From a virus: DNA of 64,000 bases. Below are positions 1 to 11,300 of the stretch, piece by piece; the stretch's first letter is position 1, and each line of letters opens with the position of its first letter. The notes beneath the pieces are model-generated. The model made no database searches and was not told where the DNA came from. It saw only the letters and a program-made list of their open reading frames with translations. Location of the stretch: UHGV virus genome UHGV-1374697; one strand, written 5' to 3'. The position numbers were made by a program, and so were the translations under genes.

Positions 1-87
1 GCAAAAGATGGAATTGAAGTACGACCTCGCATGGGCATTCAAGGACATCCCCGTTGATACTAACCGACTTCATTCCGTTCCAGAACT

Positions 88-693
88 ATGGGCAAAATAA
101 GTCTCAAGAAGTATCGGGAACAGATGGCGGCCAACATGAAACACCCTTGTGGGAAGCGTCGAAGAGGAAGGTTTAAGTGCAAGAAATATGGAGATAAATT
201 TTACTGGTATCGAGATAGCCCCGCGGAGCAAAAGAAGTTCTTGAGGGAGACAAAAGCTAACAAGCTTCGGTCTCGCATCATGCCTGAACATAAGCAACTT
301 ATCCATGCCTCTCTCCGGTCGAAGAAACAACTGACCGAGGAACAACTAACCTATGGTCGCATCCTTGCATCCAATAAAATATCTACTGGTGCAGTTGGAG
401 AAACTACCCCAGATGAAATCCCTAGCTGGATTAAGGGGGACAACTCCTTTTTCTTCCAGTTTAAATTTCATGGCTATTTCATCAACAGTAAAGTTCCTGT
501 GGCTCTTGTTGGAAGTTCCTCTGCGGCTCTGGAAATATGCAGGAAGGCGTACAAGTTCGCACGGAGAATTACAAGGAAGTGGACAGTCAAAGAAGGATGT
601 TTAACTCTACCCTCTCCCCGCCTCTTCGTCATAGCTAAGATGTCTATTCGCAAATATATCAACAAACAAATTTACAAGCACCTCACCAAATAG
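88..693 (+). CDS. hypothetical basic protein with an N-terminal Cys/His cluster (CGKRRRGRFKCKKYG), possibly nucleic-acid binding
   Basis: 201-aa ORF, Lys/Arg-rich, directly abuts the next ORF (stop at 693, ATG at 695). No family recognised. Confidence 0.45.
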   Translation: MGKISLKKYREQMAANMKHPCGKRRRGRFKCKKYGDKFYWYRDSPAEQKKFLRETKANKLRSRIMPEHKQLIHASLRSKKQLTEEQLTYGRILASNKISTGAVGETTPDEIPSWIKGDNSFFFQFKFHGYFINSKVPVALVGSSSAALEICRKAYKFARRITRKWTVKEGCLTLPSPRLFVIAKMSIRKYINKQIYKHLTK

Positions 694-694
694 T

Positions 695-1201
695 ATGCAC
701 GCTCACGAAGCAATCAACGCAATCGTTTCAACCAAGGTAAACTCACAGGCTTTCCCCGACCTGCCGGAAGGAAAGGAATCCATGAACGATGCCGTCAACC
801 ACCCGAAGCATTACACCTCCCACCCCAGCGGAATCGAGACCATAGAAATTACTGGCAAGCTTCCCTTCGCGTTAGGGAACGCCGTCAAGTATTTGATGCG
901 GTCACAGTACAAGAAGGACCGTATTGAAGACCTCAAGAAAGCACGGTGGTATCTCGAATACCACGCTAAGCACTGGTCCAAGGTGTTCGAAACCTTTGAC
1001 CTTTACCTTATCCTTGAACAGTTCAGGCGTACAGTCATGAGCCATAGCTACCAACGTAGCCCCGAAGATTCCATTCTGGTACGGCTCTTCTATATCTGGG
1101 CGCATGATAAGTTGGTTGAGGTAAACCCCGCATCGGAATTGCAACGATGTATCGGCGAGATTACCCAGCTAATAGAATCCCTCGAAGCGAAACAGAACTA
1201 A
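695..1201 (+). CDS. phage DUF3310-like protein
   Basis: 168 aa. Motifs PKHYTSHPSGIETIEI...GNAVKYLMRSQYKKD...LKKARWYLEYH resemble the conserved PxHY / NxxKYxxR signature I recall for phage DUF3310 proteins. This is from memory, not a search. It is followed at once by a strong intrinsic terminator. Confidence 0.5.
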   Translation: MHAHEAINAIVSTKVNSQAFPDLPEGKESMNDAVNHPKHYTSHPSGIETIEITGKLPFALGNAVKYLMRSQYKKDRIEDLKKARWYLEYHAKHWSKVFETFDLYLILEQFRRTVMSHSYQRSPEDSILVRLFYIWAHDKLVEVNPASELQRCIGEITQLIESLEAKQN

Positions 1202-1240
1202 AACAAAAACCCCGGAAGGTATTTCCTTCCGGGGTTTTCG
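1202..1240. terminator. bidirectional rho-independent terminator between the convergent plus and minus transcription units
   Basis: aaacaaaaa-CCCCGGAAGG-tattt-CCTTCCGGGG-ttttcg. A perfect 10-bp GC stem with an A-run on one side and a T-run on the other, lying between the stop of 695..1201 (+) and the stop of 1325..1705 (-). Confidence 0.75.
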
Positions 1241-1324
1241 CTTAGAACCCAAACAACTTACAGTCCAAACAGAATGATGTCGTTGCGGATTCTTTATACC
1301 ATGCAGTACCTATGATGTCAATAC

Positions 1325-1705
1325 CTAACTGACAGGAACTTCGTTTTTCTCAATGCTCGCCATCAGTTCGGCGAGCTTTTTCTTTTTGGTTTCGAGTTGT
1401 TGTTCGAGCCTCTCTATCTCTTCGACGTAATCGTGGCACGCATGCTTGGCCGCGTCCTGATAGGTGAGGAAGACAGTGTGGTTGAGATAGCCATTATCTA
1501 TGGTTCTGAATCGGTGGTTGATGTATTCGATTCTGACACGAGAAACGAAACATTCGAAGGCGACATCAGATACTTCAACGGCTCTCACTGTGGGCATGCC
1601 ACCGCAATGTACGTTAATGAACACCGTGCATCCCTTATACAGGGGGAGCTTGCTAGCTTCTTCTGCTGTGAATATTGAGTTCATACGGAGGGAAGTATGT
1701 ATCAA
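1325..1705 (-). CDS. hypothetical protein with a C-terminal coiled-coil
   Basis: 126-aa ORF, last gene of the minus unit before the terminator. The C-terminus EEIERLEQQLETKKKKLAELMASIEK is coiled-coil-like. Confidence 0.5.
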   Translation of the reverse strand: MIHTSLRMNSIFTAEEASKLPLYKGCTVFINVHCGGMPTVRAVEVSDVAFECFVSRVRIEYINHRFRTIDNGYLNHTVFLTYQDAAKHACHDYVEEIERLEQQLETKKKKLAELMASIEKNEVPVS

Positions 1706-1724
1706 CTTGAAATAATGTCAAGGA

Positions 1725-2330
1725 CTATTTTAGCCAGCAGTCAGATTCAATATCGAAGTGAGCCTTTACTGACAGGTCGCAACCACATAAGGTACAATAG
1801 AGAGGGGCCGCCCCATCAGTCAGGTCCGCAAGCCCGGAAATTTTTTCCTTGAGGAATTTGCGGCCAGCTCCTTCGGCTCCACATGTGGCGCACCCCTGCT
1901 TCTCTAAATCCGGAGGAGGCGTAGAGGTAGCATAAGGACAGGAGGCGCAGATAGCATAGCGGCGGCGAGCTTCTGCCTCATCTACAAACCTGTGTCCCCG
2001 TCGATACCAGAGAACCATAGTTCCGAAGAAGGCCAATATCTTCTTGGCACTCATGGGTTCATACTCCTTCCATTCAATTCCCTTATCTCCGCAGGTGGTG
2101 CAGTACTGGGGAGGGAGAGAAGCGCAAAGCTCTGATTCAAAGAGCGCAACCTGAAAGGGTTCTCCGTTATTCATGAAGAGACGGGCGACTGATTTGCGGA
2201 GTTGTTCCAGTGAACCCGCGGAAACCTTGGTTCCCTTGAGCCTGACACTCATGGATTCAGGGACAATAAACTTCCAGCCTCCCGGAGGGGTGGCCATAAT
2301 ATGATTGGGTACTATACGAAAAGAGGGCAT
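1725..2330 (-). CDS. Cys-rich putative zinc-ribbon protein
   Basis: 201 aa with several CxxC pairs (CTTCG, CASCP, CATCG, CTLCGC). Only 51 nt downstream of the giant ORF. Confidence 0.5.
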   Translation of the reverse strand: MPSFRIVPNHIMATPPGGWKFIVPESMSVRLKGTKVSAGSLEQLRKSVARLFMNNGEPFQVALFESELCASLPPQYCTTCGDKGIEWKEYEPMSAKKILAFFGTMVLWYRRGHRFVDEAEARRRYAICASCPYATSTPPPDLEKQGCATCGAEGAGRKFLKEKISGLADLTDGAAPLYCTLCGCDLSVKAHFDIESDCWLK

Positions 2331-2381
2331 GGGAGAATTATATCTCCCATGCCCCCGAAGGTCAAGGATATAAACAGAGGA

Positions 2382-5300
2382 CTACTGCTTCATCCGATTA
2401 TGAATTTCCTCCGCACTCAATGCCCCGTCAATCTGAATGCTACCCTTCCTCATGAGGTTGATAATGAGTTTCTTCTGCTCTTCGATTAGGCGTTTGCCCT
2501 CGTCCGTGGTATTAGACTTCTGCAATTCGCGGTTGAGCTTCGCGATAGCCTCACGTCCTGCTTGCGGGCTGATGATGTAGGGCATGATGCCTTTCATGGC
2601 CGCGCCGTAGGTCTTGGCACTCATACCGGAACTCTCAATCGCGGAAGCCAGAACTTCCTTCCGCAGAGCGGGGTCAAGCATGTTTGTAATTTCCGTAACA
2701 AACCGGACACTATTGACTAGCTTGGTGAAATTCTTCACGGCATCCGCGGTTTCCGCGGCTTCCATAGATTCCACATCCACCCCGGATTCCATTCTCTTGT
2801 AGAAGTCCGGACGAAGGACGCTCATTCGCTTCGACTTAGTGACCGCCGCGTTGGCATTCTTTAACCCGGCGGCAAGGGCTTCGGTCAAATCCTTCGGACG
2901 ACGGAGGCCCGCACCCAAGGTCTGTAACCCGTATGCCGCGGCACTCATGTCGGGCGTATCACTAAACATTTGTTTACCAGACTTGACTGCCCAGCCGTAG
3001 ACGGGAATCTTTTTATTGGCAACCGTCGCGAATCGTTCAAGGACTTGCCATGTATGTCCACTGCCGAACGAGGGGTTCAGCCCTGCGGCCAACAGGATTG
3101 CGTTGCCGACTGCCGGGAGAACGTTGACACTTTCATCACCGGAGAGGCTATGCTTGTAATTGAAGTCTTCCTCATTAAACAATTCAGTAGCTGTGTTCAG
3201 AAGGAGGGATTCTTCAAGCACCGTATTTTCCAGCAGGTTTTTCAGTTCGGCAACCTTGTTCATCCCCCACTTGTCCACATCCATATCCATGAAGAGGCTG
3301 GGCAGGGTTTTGGCTAACACCCTGATGGTCTTGAACGGGTTCATGTATTCAAGGTTCAAATACTCGAACTCATGTCGCTTCATATCTATGATGCCAATCA
3401 AGTCCCCGAACTTATCATAGTCAGGAATTAGCCCACTATCTGCCAGCTTCCTCATGACTTCCGCGTCGTCAATGATTTTACGGTCATCGTCATCTCCCAA
3501 GACACTGGCGATAATCTGTCGGGCAACCCAGGAAGAGACCGCAGAGGTTGCAGAAATAGTTCCAAAGGAACCCGCGGCACGAAGGATAGCGCGTCCCAAG
3601 AGGTAAGCCCCCTCCTTCTTCATGCCGTTATTGATAGCCCACACACCGTCTACCCCTTCACCTATGGCGTGGCCAAGGTTGTAGGCTACAGACTGGAAGG
3701 TATGGTACTGGAACATGAAGAACGGAGCCGCAACTATATTCAGGGTTTTCACCCACGAAGGAGTACGCGAACCCGTGGGGAGCAAGCTCTTCACCATGTG
3801 GGCAGTATACCTGTCCACATAAGCATCCCAACTCTGGGTAGTCTGGCTCGCGTCAAGGAGTATCTGGTCCCGCGCATTGGGGTTGTCCTTGCCCATCGCC
3901 CGCGCCAGTTGTACCTTTAATTGGGTATCGGCAATCGCTCTCTGGTTAGTGAAGAGAACAATCTTGGCCGCCGCGTCCGGCAAGCCATAGGCGAAGGACA
4001 TCGTTTTGATGGGCCATGCTACGACTTTGCCCGCCATCTTGGCGGCATCCTTAGCCACCTCGCCCTTCGTCCGTTCCTGTTTCTCGTTCAGAGCTTCGGC
4101 CAGTTTGAAGAAGGAATCCTCATTCACTTCTTCAAATTCTCCTGCCATCTTACTGAACTCGTCAGACTTCCAGACGTTGCGCAGGAACTCCCCTTGACCT
4201 GCGTCCAGCAGACCAAGCTCTTGCCAGTAGCGAATCTTCTCGTTGTACCTGTCTTCCGCGGCCAGCAGTCTATCCGCGGAAGCCTGTGAAGCAAGGTCCT
4301 TGCCCTGTGATAGCCGCCGTAGCTTACGCAACTGGACCCAGTCCCCGACAAGGTTTGCGATGTCTTTACTCCCCGTGAATGGAAGTGCACCCGCATGGGT
4401 CATTTGAGCTACTGTACCATATAAGTTACGTAACGTGGAATTAGGGCTCGCTATTAAGACAGAAAGGTTAGCCAAGCCACCCGCCTTACTCCACCATCCT
4501 TGCCCCTTGCCGGACTTCTGCCAGTACTCGCGGACCTTCTTATAGTCATCCGTCCTGCTATTCAGGATGTCGTCGCTCGGCCTATAGATGTGGTAGATGG
4601 CATCAGCTACATCCTTGTCGGCGTACATTCCGTTCAACGCATTCTTCGTATTCTTCAAGGAGATTTCCACCATGTCCGAGGTACGGTTTGTGGAATTCGG
4701 GGGTACGACCACACCCTGCGCTTTCAGTACGGAGGCATACTCGTCAGCAAGCAACTGGTTCACGGCAATCTTCGACTGCATGGATAGGGTATTCTGCAAT
4801 GTCCCAATGGCGTCCCCAATGGTGAGGTCGCTAAGTTCATACATAGCTTTCCTCTGCCATTCGGGCAAGCGTTTCCGCTGGGCCAGCGCATCTTCATTCG
4901 TCCTCTTCTTGGACAGAACTTCGTCAATGGCCTTCATGGCATCGTTCACCGCAAGACGGGAGAGTTCCGGATACTGCAACACTTTCAAGTCGGTAGCGGA
5001 GATGACGTTGCCCATATTGTTCGCCCTCATGAGAATGCCCGCCTGACCCCGGAGAAGATTGAGCGTCTTGTCCAGTCGTTCTGCGGCATTCATATCAGGC
5101 GTGTTCCATATCTGGTCGATGGCCGAAGTCGGGATAGTGGGGATGGCCTTGTTCACTTCGGAAGCCACGGATGCCGGGGATTCAAGACTGCCGATTTTGT
5201 CCGCAATCGTTTCTCCCGGAAGGTCGGAGAAGACTTCGGCGAGGAAACTATCTCTGGCATTCCTGTCCAGAGTTTCCTTCGTCTCTGTCATCTTTGACTT

Positions 5301-8300
5301 CGTGCGATAGTCTGCCTGTGCTATCATGCTCATGGCCTTATCATATATGGCACTGATGTTATGGCCATCTCGCAGGTCTGCAAGCATTTGAACCGCGCCG
5401 AAGTTGTTCTGAATGAAGTCCAGAATTTCCCTGTTCCTGTAGTTCTTGGCTACACCTTCGAACAGGAGTTTATAATTCGCGGAGGCTCTCGGTGGAGCGG
5501 ATACCAGCGGAAGTTTCAACTCGTCGTGGAGCGCGGCCAATGCCTGCATGTTGTCCAGCACTTGGCTTACGTTTTCGGATAGTTCTCTCTGGTGCGCTTC
5601 GGCATGAGAGATTGCGGCTTCCTGCAACAGTTTCGTCAGACCGTCGTATTTCTGCGCCAGTTCTCCGTTGGGGTTTGCGATGATGTCCTTCATCGTCCGG
5701 GTGAAGTCTCCGGCATGGCGTCCTACGGCCATGTAGGTGCGATGAAGATAATTCATCTCCGCGGCGTTGTCAGCCATGCGGCTATCTCCAATGAGCTTGG
5801 CAATAGAGATTTGCGTTGCGGCAATTTCTTTACGGGAATCGGCGATGACATTGTGGACCAGTTGACCTACAACCCCCTGTGACAGAAGCCACTGTTCAGC
5901 GGCATCCCGCTTAGCCATATACTCCGCTTGTTTTTGACGGCGTGCATTGAGGATAGCGTTGTCCCGTTTCAGCCACACGGAACCGGCAGGGGTAGCTACG
6001 CCAGCGCGAGTTACACCCGCCTTCTTTGTTGCGGCGTAGAAATCCTCCTTGGCTTCCCGGATGATTTGTTTAGCTTCGGCCCGTGCCTTAGCGATGTCCT
6101 GAATCATAGGAGCGATGGCGGGATGGTTTGTACTCTCCGCATAGAGATAGTCATTGCGAAGGTTGGACCACCTGTCCAGAAGTTCATCCATAGAGAAGGG
6201 ACTATCCACCTCGTTAATCATATCCGCGAGATAGTTTTGCGTGTCGCGGGCAAGGCCAAAGTAGGTGGCTTCCAGATTGGCATTCCCCGTCGCGGAGATA
6301 CGAGAGCCAAGGTCGGAGAGCGATTTGTGAATCTGCTGGGAGAGCATGGGGAGAGCTACCTGCTTGTCCAGCATGGCTCCATATCCCTTGCCGCTCATGT
6401 CTTTAATCCGGCGCATCATGTCGTTGATTTCCAATCGCCCTTCACTATTAAGCGCAAGGGAGTTAGCCAGACGCACCGCTTCCGCGTGCCTATTGACGGC
6501 ATCGGTGACGGTCTTCTTAGCCAACGCGATACGGAAGTCGCGGGTCTGTTCATGCTGACGAACTTCTGCTTGAGCCTCTGCGTTAATGCGTGCAACGGTT
6601 TCAGGGTCAATGTCGTTGTCCATATTCCCTGACATGTCGAGAATGGACTTGCTCCATTTCTTTCGCGTAGCGGCATCCCAGCCCAGATTATCCGCACGGC
6701 GTTGAAGCATATCGCCGATTTTGTCAATGCGTTTAATACTGCGTTCATACGCCGCATTCACGTTTGCCATTTGTTCCAGCACAATCAGCTTCTGTTCCTC
6801 GGACTTAACATTGATGCCAGCCTTGTCCCAGTTCTTGGTTACACCCAGCCATCCGTTCTTAATACTAGTTACCCAGTTCCCGGCATTCGTGCCAATGATT
6901 TCTGCGCCAAGGCCGAAGGACAATCTCCGGGTCATGTCAGTCTCATAGGCCATCGGGTTAAAATAATCTACCCCGTTGCCCATAGTATAATCCGTATCGT
7001 CTACCTTCCACGACGGAGTGCGAGGCATATCGAACCACTTGCCGGGGGTCATGTCCGCGACGCGGGCCACATAGGAATCCCATTCAGCCGCGCGTTCTGC
7101 GGCGGTGGTTCCGTCCATATCGTCCGCAGTTTGTCGCACGTCCCTAATCAAATCCTTAAGCCATTCGACGAGGCGCACATGAATAGGCTTCCGGCCTCCC
7201 GCCGCTTCGGCATAGCGAGCCAAATCCGTGATGGTGATATTGTCTCCGCTAGCTTCCGCTACCATGAAGTTCATGACAGGATTGGAGAACGCGACACTGG
7301 CAAATTCGTCCGGGCCGCGGAGACCATAGTTGAGGTCGGAAGCGAGCGCGGCGATGGCATTCATCTCATTGATGTCCACGCTAGCGTCATACATAGCGGA
7401 GAGACTATCGACAATGTTGTTGTAGTTCTCTGCAATCGCGCTTCTAATCCTATCCATCCGCTGGGAATAGTCCGTGTTGGTGGTACGAAGATGACGGTCA
7501 ATGAGGTGGATGACTTCGTGTAGTACCGTTCCCGTTACGCTTTCAATCGGGTTATCCCGGTTCACGTACAGGTCAATGACACCGCCGACAAGCTTCCCGT
7601 CCGTGCCGTTCATGTAGGTGATACTGGCAGGGGAAGAGATGTTCGCCGGGGCATTGGTTGCACGGATAGCAACATCCAAACCAGCGGCATGCAGTGCGCG
7701 GAGCACTCCATCAATGGCCGCGGCCTGTGCGGGGGAGGCATTAACTTGAAGGTCCGAAAGGATGCCGTAGGCATTTGCGCCAGTCCCATCCGTCGGGAGA
7801 TTGAGAGCGGAGACCTTGTCTCCCCACTTGGTGCTGGGTGTCCCTCCCTCGCCCGTGTTGTACATGCTTGCGTGCGGAGCGATGACAATGGTTTCTCCCG
7901 TGTTGCTGGTAATCATGGGGGCGTTAATCCCGGTCATCTCGTTCAGGGAGACGAGCTTCGCGCCGCGCTCCAATGGCGTACCATAGGAGAGCCACGCACC
8001 AGTATTACTATCGAACGAGGCGATTGCCGCATCCATGTTATCCACAGTTTCCACGGAACTGGGGGTAACTACTCCCGTCTCTACCATAGCGGCAACGGGG
8101 GCAATAGCATTGTCCCTCTCCTTCCGGGCAATAGCTACCGGGGATTCCTTGGGTTCCGCGGTAGCCGTGGTAGCCGTGGTAGCCGTGGGTTCCGTCAATC
8201 CGTTAATAACGTTAATGGCGGCATCAAGGTCCTCGTCCCCTGTAGTAATGATGGACAGGTCGTCGTCTACTTCGATAACCTGAACCCGGTCTCCCATAGC

Positions 8301-11300
8301 ATCAAGGGCTTCGGACAACATGGTGCGCATGGTGTCGAGGTTTTCCTTATTTGGGAATGACAGGGTATTGGGCAGGTCGTTAATGGCTTCTGCCATGAAT
8401 GAGCTTGCCGCGGCACTGCCCTCATAGGTATATATTTCGGAGGCCCGTTCCACTAGGTTGCGGAACTGGGTGAAGTTGCTGATGCCCATACGGGTTGCTC
8501 CTTCCACCCACGCCTTGCGGGTTTCATCGGAGACTGCCAGACTTTCATGGGCAATGGATTTGTCCACCCATTCGCGGGCAACTTCCGCGGCATCCCCCTT
8601 CTCCCCGGCAATCTCGATAACCTTCTTTCCGGTTTCTACCAAGCTTTCTGGTACGTTGTTTTTGGTAATGGCTTTGCCCGTTTCCTCGATGATGTTGCTC
8701 GCATCTTTCGTAATATCCGGTAGCATGGAAGTAGCATCCTTTACATCTAGGGTGGGAACGGCTTCGGTTTGGAAACGTATGTTCCCTTCACCAGCTAAGT
8801 GGCTACCAACGTAGCCGCCGATACCACCAAGGAAAGCAATCTTCATGCCTGTGCTAATCACTTGGTCAGTAGTGGCAATAGAGGATTCGGAGATTTCTCC
8901 GTTCTTCACCAGTTCGGTAAACGCCCACTCTTGGAATTCGTCTGTCAGTTCTTCGGTGGCTCCTTCCACTACGGCCTTGCTCGTGCTGTACAGATAGGAA
9001 GCAACGGCAAACGTCTTTTCCTTCGTGTTCATCTCCTTAAATGGCTTGCTTCTCCATCCGGCAATCTTCCGTTCAAGGGTTTGGAATGGAGATTGACCGC
9101 GAAGGTTTTTAGCCCCAATAATCTTACGCATGTAGGAATCCATACCTGCGCGGTTGTTGATGAGAGTACTACCAGTAGATACGAGAGCCGCGCCAAAGAG
9201 GGCACGCATGTTAGCAATGCTCTGTGCCCTGTTCAAGTTCTCGGCAGTCGGTTCCTTCCCTTCCATCTCCCTATCATAAATGGTATAGAAGATGTCGGAG
9301 TAAGCATTCGGTGCAACCTGCGAGATGATGCTAAGATTTACCCCGGCTCCGGCTCCTGCCCGTTCGAGGTTCAACGCCGCAAGGTTGTCAAGGTTGCGCT
9401 GAATAGTTCCACTCAAACGTCCCGCCAATCCCGGACGGGCGGCAGGGACAAGAGCTTCGGCCCGCTTCGCTACAACGTTAGCCGTTGCCTTCATGAATTT
9501 ATTGAGCGCGGTACGTTCCAGTGCACGGCCAGCGAGGCCGCCAACTTTACCAGCCCCCGCGGTTGCTACCATTTGGTAGCCGAGGTTAGCGATTTCCGCA
9601 GTATAGTCCGCAAGGATATTGCCTCGAACCAACTCGGCTTCTGCTTCCTGTTTTTTGTTCAGCTGGTCCCAGAGGGTGCGGGTATGTTCCATCGCCGCAC
9701 GACTGCCAACTGCATTCTGTGCAAAGAGAAGAGCACCATAGGCGGTACTTGTCCCAAGGTCGATTGCCTTGTGCGTACCTATCTGTAACCCGCGGAGAAC
9801 AGAGTTGATGGTGTCTTGCCCTTTCTCCTGCCATGCGGAGAGGATGTCCTCGTCGCTCTTGCCCGCTTCCTTCTGTTCGTTGTAAAAATTCTTGAAGGAA
9901 AGGTGCTTGTCCAGATGCTTCATGGATTCAGTCAAGATAGGGTTGAACTGCAAGCCGGAGCCAAGCCACGTATCGCGAAGCGTCCCCAGCGTCTCGTCCA
10001 ATGCAATGTTGTCCTTCACAAGTTCCTGTGCGGATTTCTTGCGGAGGTTCTGGAACTTCTCAATGGTGCGATTGATGAGACCTTCGTCCGCGCCACTAGC
10101 ACGGAGAGCCTCAATGCTCTGGTCCATCAGCTTATCATTGTAGAGAGCATTGGGGTTCAGTTCGAGTGTGGCGTTCGTATCAACTTCCTTGGTGTGCGGG
10201 TTGTACACAAAGAGACTGCCACGGCCTACGCCCAAGTCACCCATGCGTGCGGCATGGGAGAGGGAGTTGAGGGCATCGCGAGTACTTTCAATATGGTACT
10301 GGTCCATGTACTCCTTCAACCTCTCCGGTCCGACTTCAAAGGATGGGCCGCCCGGCATGCCATACCACCATGTGCCACGCTTCGTTCCCTTCCTCCATTC
10401 CATCAAACTCATTGGGTCAGCGTACTTACCCACACTATTATCCGGTTGGAAGGTAAGTACGTCCGCAATTTGTCCCGCCGTGCTTCGGTAGTTAGCCAGT
10501 GCGCCTTTGACTGCATCCATGAGAGTGCCTTTCGGCGTGGCTTTGGCGGTATAGTCCTGAATCAGTTTGGTTACTCCCGCTTGGCGCAGGGCAGATTTTG
10601 GAACCCCCGGAAACCTTGTGGCCACGGCTTCCAGTATAGCCTCACTCATGCCAATCTGTTCGGGGTTTTCGACGGTCAGAGGGCGGTCCTTCTGGCGGTG
10701 AACTTCCTCGGCAATGACCTTTGCCCGTGCACGTATTGCGTCCATGTCAGCACCGGGGACTAAAGACAGAAGGGCAGAGGCCGCGGCCTCTGGATTGAGA
10801 AGCGCGTCGCGAAGTTCGAGATAGGGAAGGCCAGTGTAGTCCTCTTCGAGGCGTCTTACGATTTTGTCGGCTGTTTCTATCTGTTCACGAATCCTATCCT
10901 CAACAGGTTTTTCTTTTTTTGAAATGAGTTTTGCTTGGTCTGTATGGAGTTGTTTCGCATATGCGGTAGCAGATTCCGGGGAATCGAAAACTCCTAGATG
11001 CTTCCCTGTTTTTCGGAATTGTTCTATTGCTTCCTTTTCCGTTAAAAGTCTTCCATCTTCGGATACTGTGGGAATAAGGTATTCTTTATCATCAACCCCT
11101 ATGGACATAGACCGTACCGTACTCACGGAACCATCAGGGTTTTTAACTTGAGGGCGTTGATTCAAATCGAGATTACCTGCCTCCACCATACCAGAGATGT
11201 CGGTCAAAGCCCGATTTCCCGATATATAACTACCACTGTTCCGGGAAAGGTAATCCCCGTAGTCGCGGACAAGTTGGAACATTTTGCTGGGAGACTTGGA

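Noticed and set aside
1-100. Partial ORFs open at the left window edge (frame 1 ending at 57, frame 2 ending at 100)
   Set aside because: I cannot tell which, if either, is the 3' end of a gene beginning outside the window. Both are too short to evaluate, and the frame-2 ORF would overlap the 88..693 start by 13 nt.
70-345. Minus-strand ORF 70..345 and the many other antisense or embedded ORFs from the six-frame track (for example the plus-strand ORFs inside 2382..12308, 14322..17279 and 36549..38819)
   Set aside because: They are fully embedded in longer ORFs that have recognisable motifs or consistent operon packing on the opposite strand. Their translations are low-complexity or Arg/Ser-rich, as expected for antisense frames.
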